NCBI GenBank assembly: GCA_000999025.1
Contig: LCFM01000009.1
Location: forward strand, 1 to 56,441
Reading direction: 5' to 3'
Source of the DNA: Parcubacteria group bacterium GW2011_GWA2_43_13
GTDB lineage: Bacteria; Patescibacteriota; Patescibacteriia; UBA9629; GWA2-43-13
DNA: 56,441 bases
Shown here piece by piece: positions 7,912 through 15,985 of the stretch (its first letter is position 1; each line of letters starts with the position of its first letter). Both the position numbers and the translations under genes were made by a program. Under the pieces are notes generated by a model. The model had not been told where the DNA came from and did no database searches. It worked only from the letters and a program-made list of their open reading frames with translations.

Positions 7912-7955
7912 CACCTCCCCCCACCTTCCTCAAGGGTGGAAGAAAGGAAATATCG

Positions 7956-9046
7956 ATGAACGAGCTGTTGCGTCAGGCACTGGGGATTGTCCCCAAGGTT
8001 TCGCGAATTTCTGCCGAAGTCCTCGTCAGTCACATTGACCGTGACGACGAAGTGAGAGCCGCGTGGCTTGCGCTGGTCAGCGGACGGCCGGCGTTCTTCC
8101 TCGGATCTCCCGGGGTTGATAAAACCGGAACAGTTCAGGCGATCGCATCGCGAATCGCCGGAGCCGTGTTCTACGACGAGCTGATGCCGACTGTTGTGTC
8201 GGTGGAACAACTTTTAGTGGAGAGCACCTCCATTGAAGAAGTTCCACTCCCCAACGGTGGCAAGGCGATCCAAACCCGCGACCGCCTTGGCAAAGCGGCA
8301 AACGCGCATCTCGTCTTCGCGGATGAGATTTGGAAGTCCGAGCCCCGCGTGCTCAATATTTTGTTGGATCTCGCGCGCGGTGGCGAAGTTCGGCATGAGG
8401 GAAGGGTTGTCAAAACCCCGCTCCTCGCGTTCCTCGCCGCGAGCAACGAGCTGCCTGATCCCGAGGGCAACCTCGGCGCGCTCTGGTCTCGCATGACGAT
8501 TCGGCTGGTAACACAGCCACTGAATCGAGCGGGAAAATTCCACAGAACATCGTCAACATCGTCCTGGACATCTACCAGGAATTGGCTGACGAATCGTCCG
8601 CGGACTTCGCATGGCTGTGGTCGGACGACCGCCGATTCGGCCGGGTATTCGACATTCTGCAGGCACACGCCTTGCTGGAAGGTCGGACTCGGGTCGAAAA
8701 AACCGATCTGGCGGTGATGGAATGGCTGTGCTGGGACACGCCGGATCAAATCCCGACTGTCCGGGCAAAAATCCTTCCCTACTGCCGAACGCCGCTCATG
8801 GACGCGCAGGAAGCGATGGACGCACTCCTCGCTCCCGGCGGCACCGTGGAGTTGGTTCGTGTTGGAGATCGCGGCAAGGGCGTGCAAGCCATTCAACAAT
8901 GTGAAGCCGCCCTAACGGAGATGAAAAATCTCCAAAACTCCGCCACAGACACGGCGATGTCTGCAAAAATCGGTGAGCTGATCCAACAGCTCGAATCGGT
9001 TAAGCAGGATGTTGTCGCCGTTGTCACCGGGACACGGAGGTTGTAA
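7956..9046 (+). CDS. RavA/MoxR-like AAA+ ATPase, split by a -1 frameshift at 8531-8537 (frame-0 ORF ends at 8717; the -1 frame continues to 9046)
   Basis: Walker A is FFLGSPGVDKTG and Walker B is HLVFADEIWKSEP. The -1 frame carries the RavA-type lid, WLWSDDRRFGRVFDILQAHALLEGRTRVEKTDLAVMEWLCWD (compare RavA SDRRW...LLQASAF..GR...DL...CLW). The joined product is 363 aa. Confidence 0.75.
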
Positions 9047-10668
9047 TGGCAAAAAACATTCGCCCACTCTCGCGACAGGAACTACTGTCGCCTGCGGTGA
9101 CGGATGTGGATGCCTTTACGGCACTCCGATACATCCGTCACCGCGAAACGGTGCCGGCATTACCAGAACTTGAGGACAAGGGAAACCCCCAACTCCCCGG
9201 ATTTGAGTCCGCTCTGCTTGATCTGTACCACGCGCTCTGGTCTCCGGAGCCGCAGGTGAAGGATCAAGTACCGCCGGACAGGCAATACTGGCAGACGCTT
9301 CTTGGTCAGGCAATGGCAACATCTGCCTACCAAGAAACACACGGCTACACCTCCTTGAAGGAGTTTGAGTCCGTCATCGGCACCATCAGCATGGCAGAAA
9401 CCGTGCTTACATTGGTGCCAGAAAAGGACAAAAAACAACTTCAAAAAACCACAGCCGCACAACAAGAAGCCAACCAAATGCAAGAGCAATCGGACCAGGC
9501 GCAAGCCAATGCCGATACTCTCCAGCAGCTGACTGATACCGCGCAAGACGCTGCTGCCTCGGGCAACCACCCGGGCATGTCAGCCCAAGAGGCACAAGCC
9601 CGCGCCAACCAACTTAGCCAGCAAGCGACACAGGCGAAAGCCGATGCCCAAGCTGCGCAAGAGTTGGCGCAAGAATCCGCGTTACAAGCAGAGATCGCCG
9701 CCGAGGAGTTGCTTGGAAAACCCGGAAGCGAGCAAGCGGAGCAAAAACTCCGTGAGCTCACCGGCATTGGCATCCAAGCACTCAAGAAAACCCAAGCCAA
9801 GGTGGAGGAGTTATCCGAAACCATAGAGGCATGGGGACTTGAGCCGGCGGAACTTTCGCAACAGCCCATTCCGGAAGCGCTCGCTCTGCTTGAGCGAATG
9901 CGAAAGAATGAGCACATGCGAAAATTCGCAGCTTTGCTCGGCCGCGTCCGCAGAATCGCGACAAAAAAGGCAAAAAACAAAATCGCCGGCGAGGGCGCGC
10001 GTATGACGAGAACAGAAACCGGGCGCGATATCAAACGCGCGCAACGGTCTGAACTTGTGGCGCTCACCTCGTCGCACCTGCGCTACCCAGCGCTCACGCG
10101 CTGGGCGCATGGCGAGCTTCGGCTCGTTAGCCAACAAACCAAGCAAAAATTAGGCCATGGTCCGGTGATCGTCTGCGAAGACGGATCCGGTTCCATGGAC
10201 GGAGCAAAGCAACAATGGGCCAAGGCAGTCACGCTGTCTTTGGCAACATATGCCAAGCTCCAAAAACGCACCTTTGCCTGGATTCTGTTTGACGCCAGAG
10301 TGCAAAAACAGAAAACATTCCAGGGTGGGAGCGTTTCTCCCAAGAATATGCTGGATATTGTTGAGGCACAGGCTGGTGGAGGAACGGATTTTGAGAAACC
10401 ACTGCGCGCCGCCATGGAGTTGGTAAAGACGCAAGGCCTTAAAAAAGCCGATATCGTGTTTATCACCGATGGCGAATGCGCGGTTTCCGCCTCGTTCCTC
10501 AAAGAATTTCTGGCTGTCAAAGCAGGGTTGGATGTCAACATCATCACTGTTCTGTGTGATGTTGCGTCCGCGACCGCAGAGACGGTCAAGAAGTTCTCAA
10601 CCACGGTCGAAAAGGCCTCCGGCTTCACGGCAGAAGAAGCCGAAAACAAAATCATCAAATATCTATGA
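9046..10668 (+). CDS. ViaA-like VWA-domain protein (partner of the AAA+ ATPase)
   Basis: The start overlaps the upstream stop (TAATG at 9044-9048). The C-terminal VWA domain has the MIDAS motif VIVCEDGSGSM, then ...GGGTDF...ADIVFITDG. The middle region is Q/A-rich and coiled-coil-like. Confidence 0.8.
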   Translation: MAKNIRPLSRQELLSPAVTDVDAFTALRYIRHRETVPALPELEDKGNPQLPGFESALLDLYHALWSPEPQVKDQVPPDRQYWQTLLGQAMATSAYQETHGYTSLKEFESVIGTISMAETVLTLVPEKDKKQLQKTTAAQQEANQMQEQSDQAQANADTLQQLTDTAQDAAASGNHPGMSAQEAQARANQLSQQATQAKADAQAAQELAQESALQAEIAAEELLGKPGSEQAEQKLRELTGIGIQALKKTQAKVEELSETIEAWGLEPAELSQQPIPEALALLERMRKNEHMRKFAALLGRVRRIATKKAKNKIAGEGARMTRTETGRDIKRAQRSELVALTSSHLRYPALTRWAHGELRLVSQQTKQKLGHGPVIVCEDGSGSMDGAKQQWAKAVTLSLATYAKLQKRTFAWILFDARVQKQKTFQGGSVSPKNMLDIVEAQAGGGTDFEKPLRAAMELVKTQGLKKADIVFITDGECAVSASFLKEFLAVKAGLDVNIITVLCDVASATAETVKKFSTTVEKASGFTAEEAENKIIKYL

Positions 10669-10690
10669 GACGCTCCAACGGAGTCGTCTC
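10667..10690. repeat. REP-like palindrome variant GAGACGCTCCAACGGAGTCGTCTC
   Basis: It has the same GAGACG/CGTCTC arms as the REP family and lies right after the VWA gene stop. Two more hairpins follow at about 10695-10730 and 10740-10775. Confidence 0.6.
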
Positions 10691-10859
10691 TACAACATCC
10701 TGCCACGAGGGGAGTTATTACACGACTCCCCTCTCTCCCCGAGCCAACTGTTGTTTAATAGGAGTTGGTTCGGTCAAGGGATTCACCTGTCGTTGCTTTA
10801 CCAACCTACGGTGGCGAAGCAATCTCTTTCAACCCACTTTCTCCTGAAAGGAAATTATC

Positions 10860-13532
10860 GTGGCAGAAGAAAATATCGCCCTCGTCACACCCCAAAAGGG
10901 AAAAAAATGGGATGAGAACCACGAGTGTATCGCCGACCATACAGTCGGTAAAAAAATGCACATCGTGTTCTTGCCGCGAGAAGCACAGCCGGACCAACAG
11001 GTCAGGGTGCGGCTTCAAGAAATTCGGCCTGATGGCCGCGGCAACATGATGTACCGCGGCTTGCCCGCGCCGGTGGAATACATCGAACGCTGGCGCGATA
11101 ACGGCGACGGCACTGCCTCGCGCGTCACCATCTCCCGCGACTGGCTAATGGAAGAACGCGAGGAAGGGGTTATTGAACCCCGCCCGCTTGAAAAGCGGGA
11201 AGGCGAGCCCCTAACCCCAGAAATTACATACTCAGTGGTGTGGGGGGGGAACTCGCTGGAGGACTCTGTGATTGTTGAGACCTCCTCCCGCTGCTATCCG
11301 CAACAGATTGAAGTGGTCAAAGACAATACGATCGTCTGGACCACAGAATCCTACCGCAAGGAGGAGATGGGCAAAAAAACGTTCCATCTCACCCGTCTCT
11401 CCTTAATAGCGAGTACGTTGCGTTCCAGTCGTCTTGCGGTACTGTACACGCCGGACATGGCGGTGAGTGTACGTGTGGGCTACGAAAAAGACAGTGTGCA
11501 AAGAGAGCACACTCACGACACTACTTGGGCTGAAATGCCTGCGTGGTGGCAAGCAGAGCACGAGGCGCAATATCCTCTATGCCTCTGTGGCCGCTACCGC
11601 ATTGAAACGCAAGCCGACGGCTACCCCAAGTGCGAAAAATGTCGCGCCGAGGAAACCTGTGTCCGGTGTTCCAAAAAACCGGTAAAGGTTAAGAACTTCT
11701 CCGGCCGACTGATCTGCACTGTGTGTGAGCCGTACGAGGAGCGCGAGGCCATGATTGAGCGGTCATTCCCTGTTTCCAAACGGGAAGAAATCGCCAATAT
11801 AGCAAAAAAACTCCTCGCCGGCGAAGCATTGCCGCGTGAAACAGGTGAAGTGATCTTGGCGGCAACACTGGATCACATCACCGACGAATCGCGACGCAAC
11901 TCCATCCTGCGCATACAAAAAGAGTACCCTTGGTACTACTTCTGCGAGGATGGAGTGTACGGCTCGCGGTTCCCGAGGGAAACGTTAGAACTGCTCACCT
12001 ACCTTCCCCTTTCAAGTGGAAACGCTCTTGTTGAAATGGTTGCCTGGACCATTGAATGCGACAAGGGTTCCATGCGCGTTGAAGACAGTTTCTTCGCGCA
12101 AAACTTCTACCAGCAGACCCAGATAGCAGGAAAAACAGAAACCCCGACTTTTTCAGAGGCAGGCCTGAATAAGGCCATCGTCGCCGAAAAAATTCGGGGG
12201 AACGAAAGGGATCGTAAAGATTCAGTGCGTCGTTATGCTAAGCTTGCGCAAGCACTTGGCGAACACGACAAACGGATCGAAACGATCCGTGAACGACTCA
12301 ACGCGGATGCGCAGAATTATTCAAGGGCTCTGCAAGAAATTGCAACCATTGAACAGTTCCTGTATAGCATCCAAACGGGCGAAATCTGGCCGGCGGTCCG
12401 TATCAGCCGGCACACAGGCCGCCATTCCAGCCTAACGGTGTGGGCCATTACTGATGATGGATCTCTTCTTGAAGAGTCCAGCAACAGTGATAAAAACACC
12501 GCCGCTTTCGGGGACATCCCAACCTCCACCCTGATCGTGGGCTGGGGGTATGGCTCTCAAGAGAGCCGTTGTAGCGAGAGCTGGCGCATTGAGCGCCGGC
12601 CGGGCGAAAAAGAAAATCGCTGGGAGACCAAACCCGGCGACTACCGCCCGGTAACGGCGAAACAAGTAGAAACACTAAACCGCCTTCGGGGAGAACATAC
12701 AAAGTACTTCTCGGCAGGCGAAGAACTCGGTTGGGATACACGAACTTGGAAACAAGTTACTGTAACAACCGAGGCGTCCCAGTACCTCGTCGGTCAGGAA
12801 GCTACAGACCACGAAGAGATGTTGGCACGAATGCCACTAGATATCTCGGAGTGGTTTGTTGAGTCATCGGAATCCGAGTGGGAGCGTGTGTACACAGTAC
12901 ACCACCGCCCATGCGGATCTTCTCGCCCCAAAGGCGATGACGAACTGCGGTGGATTGAGGCGGCAGTGAAAGCTGAAGAAGGGAAAACCCCTTCACGAGC
13001 TGTTGCCGAAATCGCCCGCGACCTTGCCGAGGTCGCACGACTAACCAAAGGAGCCAAGGGTGGTCATGGAACCATCCGCCTCGAAAAGCGACACGGTCGC
13101 TACCCTTGGCAGAAACGTCGCGAAAACCTCCTCAATATGCTCCACGGTATTGAGGAATACGAGGTAATTGACCGCATCATGGAGCTTCGGATTGGAAGCG
13201 ACCTTGATGCAGTCATCGTTGGAGCAATGGCCTGGCTCGATTCTCGCCGTCTTTCCGTCGTGAGTCCCACGCGGAAAACGGCTGATCCAGCCACCGAGGC
13301 CACAGTCGCGAATGAACCCGCCGAGGGAGTAACCGACAAACCGTCTGAAAAGGCGGGTGTCGTGTTCACCTACCTCGGCAAAATCGGCGGACATCTCCGC
13401 TTCCGGTGTGGCTGTGCCTTCACGGATGCCCTGACAAAAACCGAGGCCCAAAACCTCGGGGACAAAGGATCCGTGGAAATCACCTGCCCGGGTTGCGGAA
13501 AAAACGGCATCGTAAAGAAAGGCGATGCCTAA
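10860..13532 (+). CDS. Large hypothetical protein (890 aa) with clustered zinc-ribbon motifs
   Basis: CLCGRY..KCEKCRAEETCVRCSKK...ICTVCEP gives four Cys pairs mid-protein, and FRCGC...TCPGCGK lies at the C-terminus. No catalytic motif recognised. A GTG start is assumed after AAAGGAAA, so the start is uncertain. Confidence 0.6.
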   Translation: MAEENIALVTPQKGKKWDENHECIADHTVGKKMHIVFLPREAQPDQQVRVRLQEIRPDGRGNMMYRGLPAPVEYIERWRDNGDGTASRVTISRDWLMEEREEGVIEPRPLEKREGEPLTPEITYSVVWGGNSLEDSVIVETSSRCYPQQIEVVKDNTIVWTTESYRKEEMGKKTFHLTRLSLIASTLRSSRLAVLYTPDMAVSVRVGYEKDSVQREHTHDTTWAEMPAWWQAEHEAQYPLCLCGRYRIETQADGYPKCEKCRAEETCVRCSKKPVKVKNFSGRLICTVCEPYEEREAMIERSFPVSKREEIANIAKKLLAGEALPRETGEVILAATLDHITDESRRNSILRIQKEYPWYYFCEDGVYGSRFPRETLELLTYLPLSSGNALVEMVAWTIECDKGSMRVEDSFFAQNFYQQTQIAGKTETPTFSEAGLNKAIVAEKIRGNERDRKDSVRRYAKLAQALGEHDKRIETIRERLNADAQNYSRALQEIATIEQFLYSIQTGEIWPAVRISRHTGRHSSLTVWAITDDGSLLEESSNSDKNTAAFGDIPTSTLIVGWGYGSQESRCSESWRIERRPGEKENRWETKPGDYRPVTAKQVETLNRLRGEHTKYFSAGEELGWDTRTWKQVTVTTEASQYLVGQEATDHEEMLARMPLDISEWFVESSESEWERVYTVHHRPCGSSRPKGDDELRWIEAAVKAEEGKTPSRAVAEIARDLAEVARLTKGAKGGHGTIRLEKRHGRYPWQKRRENLLNMLHGIEEYEVIDRIMELRIGSDLDAVIVGAMAWLDSRRLSVVSPTRKTADPATEATVANEPAEGVTDKPSEKAGVVFTYLGKIGGHLRFRCGCAFTDALTKTEAQNLGDKGSVEITCPGCGKNGIVKKGDA

Positions 13533-13678
13533 TGTTCTTTCCCCCCTCTGCCCACGTGCTTGGCAGAGAAGGGTTTAACCCAAAGCACAAGAGAGGAATG
13601 GTTGGCTTGAGAATAGCAACCATTCCCCCTCTCCTGAAACGCAGAGTATGGTGTTCTGTATTTCAGCCGGAGGGATTC

Positions 13679-14026
13679 ATGAAAAAATTATTGTGGCTGT
13701 CACGCCACAATCCGCTTCCAAAACAAATCGCCGAGCTTCAACGGATCTTTGGAGAGGTTGATGTCCGTCAGGATGTCAATGAGTTCTCCAACGCCGAAGA
13801 AATTTACCGGCGATACCGCAGCGGTGGGTACGACGACATCGTTGTCGTCGCACCCTTGTCCGTCATCGCGCGGTTAATTGACCTTGGCATCAAGCCTCTC
13901 TGGGCACAGATGGACCAAGTCAGTGATCGCAAAAATGCGGATGTGGTTGCAAAAAACCGATTCTATAGGTTCCACCACTTCCGCCGCATCAAAGCCGTGG
14001 TCATGGAGTTTGAGGAGCTTACCTGA
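13679..14026 (+). CDS. Hypothetical small protein (115 aa)
   Basis: ATG 13679 is preceded by GGAGGG. The stop abuts the next gene's start (TGAATG). The upstream part of the tracked ORF overlaps the previous gene and some hairpins. Confidence 0.5.
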   Translation: MKKLLWLSRHNPLPKQIAELQRIFGEVDVRQDVNEFSNAEEIYRRYRSGGYDDIVVVAPLSVIARLIDLGIKPLWAQMDQVSDRKNADVVAKNRFYRFHHFRRIKAVVMEFEELT

Positions 14027-14773
14027 ATGATGAACAAGATTGAAACGCTTCTCAAAAACTTTTCAGAGTTCTGGCTTCACTTCTTTCCGGAAGCCGGAAC
14101 GCTCGACCGCCAGCAGGTGCTGACGGAACTGGACGACGCGGACTTTGGACGGGATAGTACCCGTCCGGATTGCCAACTCGTTAGTTATCAAAACTGTGTC
14201 GCCACTGTGTACGGCGCCTATGAACAGGCGCGTTTCCAAGTGGCGGCCATGGGGCACATATTAAGATCCGTCCGGCAGTTCCCTGCCGGTGGGACACTGG
14301 TGTCCCTCGGTTCAGGACCTGGCTCGTACGAGCTCTGGCTGTTGCTCAACAGCCAGCTCGGGAAAGTGATCCTTGTTGATCACAGTTCCGAGATGCTGGC
14401 GCGGGCCACGAGCATCGCCAAGGAAATCGGCGTGGCGGATCGGTTGCAGACCATCTGCACCGACGCCACGCAAAACAGCATTCCGCCACATACGGCGGAT
14501 GTCATTTTCTCCATCAACGCTCTCCACTGGTCATCCGGCTGGCGAGCGTGGTTGCGAGAAGCGGCGCGGGTTGGTAAACCCGACGCCGAGGTATTCATAA
14601 GCTGCTCGTTGCTCCATCCGCGTAGCAACATCACGCCCGATCAATTCGGGCAAGCAACGCGTGAGTACTTCAATATATCAAAATTCGATATGGTGGTTCC
14701 GCCGCGGCAGATGCCGGACGGACAAACCGCTGTATCGAGCCGCTTCTTCTTTGCGGGAACAAAGAAGCGATAA
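14027..14773 (+). CDS. Class I SAM-dependent methyltransferase
   Basis: Motif I is LVSLGSGPGSYELWLL, the post-I acidic motif is ILVDHSSEML, and DVIFSINALHW is the type-11/12 MTase pattern. Confidence 0.75.
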   Translation: MMNKIETLLKNFSEFWLHFFPEAGTLDRQQVLTELDDADFGRDSTRPDCQLVSYQNCVATVYGAYEQARFQVAAMGHILRSVRQFPAGGTLVSLGSGPGSYELWLLLNSQLGKVILVDHSSEMLARATSIAKEIGVADRLQTICTDATQNSIPPHTADVIFSINALHWSSGWRAWLREAARVGKPDAEVFISCSLLHPRSNITPDQFGQATREYFNISKFDMVVPPRQMPDGQTAVSSRFFFAGTKKR

Positions 14774-14788
14774 TGCACCTTCCCGCAC

Positions 14789-14822
14789 GGCGTCGCTGTT
14801 TACAAACGACGACAGCGACGCC
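14789..14822 (+). terminator. Hairpin (11-bp GC-rich stem) at the end of the island operon
   Basis: GGCGTCGCTGT (14789-14799) pairs with ACAGCGACGCC (14812-14822) and is followed by TCTTCTCC. Confidence 0.5.
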
Positions 14823-14831
14823 TCTTCTCCC

Positions 14832-14869
14832 CCGCACCTATTATTGAAAAAAATCAATAATAGGTGCGG
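14832..14869. terminator. Perfect 16-bp hairpin with an A6 loop
   Basis: CCGCACCTATTATTGA-AAAAAA-TCAATAATAGGTGCGG. Confidence 0.5.
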
Positions 14870-15012
14870 AGTCAGAGGGCTGGTGAGTGGTGTTTGATTC
14901 AAAGAGGAGATGATCTCTTTATCCGCAAGGATCAAAATCTCTCTCCTCAGAGCTCGTCTCCTTGGCGACTCGGATTGCCACTCCCCAGCCCTTTGATTTT
15001 TTTCCCATCACA

Positions 15013-15246
15013 CTACTTCCGCAAAATCCTTACAAATTCTTCCGGCGATACCCCGATATCACGCAATATGGCATGAAGCGTCCCGCGCGGAATATCTTTA
15101 CCCTGATGCCGAGACACTACAGTGCGTCTGCCATCCGCGTGCGCAAACACCAAATGCGCGCTACCGCTTTCCGCGTGTTCAAAAAACCCGAGCTGTTTTA
15201 ACACTCGGATAAGCTCTCTGTCTTTTATCATCGGCAGTTTAGGCAT
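15013..15246 (-). CDS. hicA: HicA toxin (YcfA-like mRNA interferase)
   Basis: 77 aa; KDRELIRVLKQLGF....GSAHLVF.H.....VVSRHQGKDIPRGTLHAILRDIG is the HicA pattern. Confidence 0.85.
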   Translation of the reverse strand: MPKLPMIKDRELIRVLKQLGFFEHAESGSAHLVFAHADGRRTVVSRHQGKDIPRGTLHAILRDIGVSPEEFVRILRK

Positions 15247-15511
15247 ACACGCGGCGAGAGGATTTCTTTTTCAAAGAAGTTCGCGGAGTAAACGAAACTG
15301 TTGCAACAAACTCAAACCCATTATCCTGTGGCACATCCAAACCATCCACAATTAAACTGCGAATATACACATCAATAGCATCTTGAATATTTTTTCGCGC
15401 TTGGTTGATGGACTCACCCCATGTATGACACCCGGGCAATGCCGGCACATAGGCATGAAAGGTGTTGCGTTCATCTGGTTCAATAATAATTCTGTATGTA
15501 TATGATTGCAT
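15239..15511 (-). CDS. hicB: HicB antitoxin (UPF0150 fold)
   Basis: YTYRIIIEPDERNTFHAYVPALPGCHTWGESINQARKNIQDAI. It overlaps hicA by 8 nt. The start is trimmed to Met13. Confidence 0.8.
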   Translation of the reverse strand: MQSYTYRIIIEPDERNTFHAYVPALPGCHTWGESINQARKNIQDAIDVYIRSLIVDGLDVPQDNGFEFVATVSFTPRTSLKKKSSRRVYA

Positions 15512-15653
15512 AACATTTTTACAATACCACACCTCACCCTCAAACACAACATTCTGCGCACGACTCCTCTGTTCTTAAAACTCCCTATCCGCTTATATAC
15601 AGGCGGATGCGAGGTCAGATCAATTTCTTTATAAACAAAAAAAACATCTGACG

Positions 15654-15725
15654 GGTGGCCAGAGGGAATTGAACCCTCGCTAGCGAGACCACAACCCGCT
15701 GTTCTACCATTAAACTATGGCCACC
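15654..15725 (-). tRNA. tRNA-His (GTG)
   Basis: Hand-folded cloverleaf. The anticodon loop TTGTGGT gives GTG. G-1 pairs with C73, the His identity feature. T-loop is TTCAATT. Confidence 0.85.
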
Positions 15726-15741
15726 CGTCAGATGTCTTTAC

Positions 15742-15813
15742 TGTCCCCGCTAGGGATCGAACCTAGATCAGCAGCTTAGAAGGCTGCAGTTCTATCCATT
15801 GAACTACAGGGAC
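15742..15813 (-). tRNA. tRNA-Arg (TCT)
   Basis: Cloverleaf with acceptor GTCCCTG/CGGGGAC, anticodon loop CTTCTAA and T-arm CTAGG-TTCGATC-CCTAG. Confidence 0.85.
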
Positions 15814-15890
15814 ACTCACCTTTACTATCATACCTCATTGCAACGGAAAAATCATATCGTTTCGCGCACCAAACGTCAACTCCGCAAATA

Positions 15891-15919
15891 GTAGAGACGC
15901 ATGGCCCATGTGTCTCTAC
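15891..15919. repeat. REP-like palindrome GTAGAGACGCATGGCCCATGTGTCTCTAC
   Basis: Inverted repeat with one G.T position. Confidence 0.7.
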
Positions 15920-15942
15920 AAAAAAAAAATTACACCATATGC

Positions 15943-15970
15943 GAAAGACGCCCCAACGGGGCGTCTCTAC
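15943..15970. repeat. REP-like palindrome GAAAGACGCCCCAACGGGGCGTCTCTAC
   Basis: Inverted repeat, read directly. Confidence 0.7.
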
Positions 15971-15985
15971 ATATCATGCATTTCA

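Noticed and set aside
3004-10706. Long antisense or overlapping ORFs inside the island (for example 3004-3483-, 5533-6117-, 5711-6247-, 8171-8899-, 9441-10067-, 10083-10706-).
   Set aside because: They overlap better-supported + strand genes. They are low-complexity and rich in Arg, Ala, Ser and Pro, as expected for stop-poor frames in G+C-rich DNA. They lack an SD and any domain signal.
1100-15650. Island att sites (direct repeats of the tRNA-His 3' end).
   Set aside because: I could not find a convincing repeat of the tRNA 3' segment within the window. The integrase body and any distal att site probably lie left of position 1.
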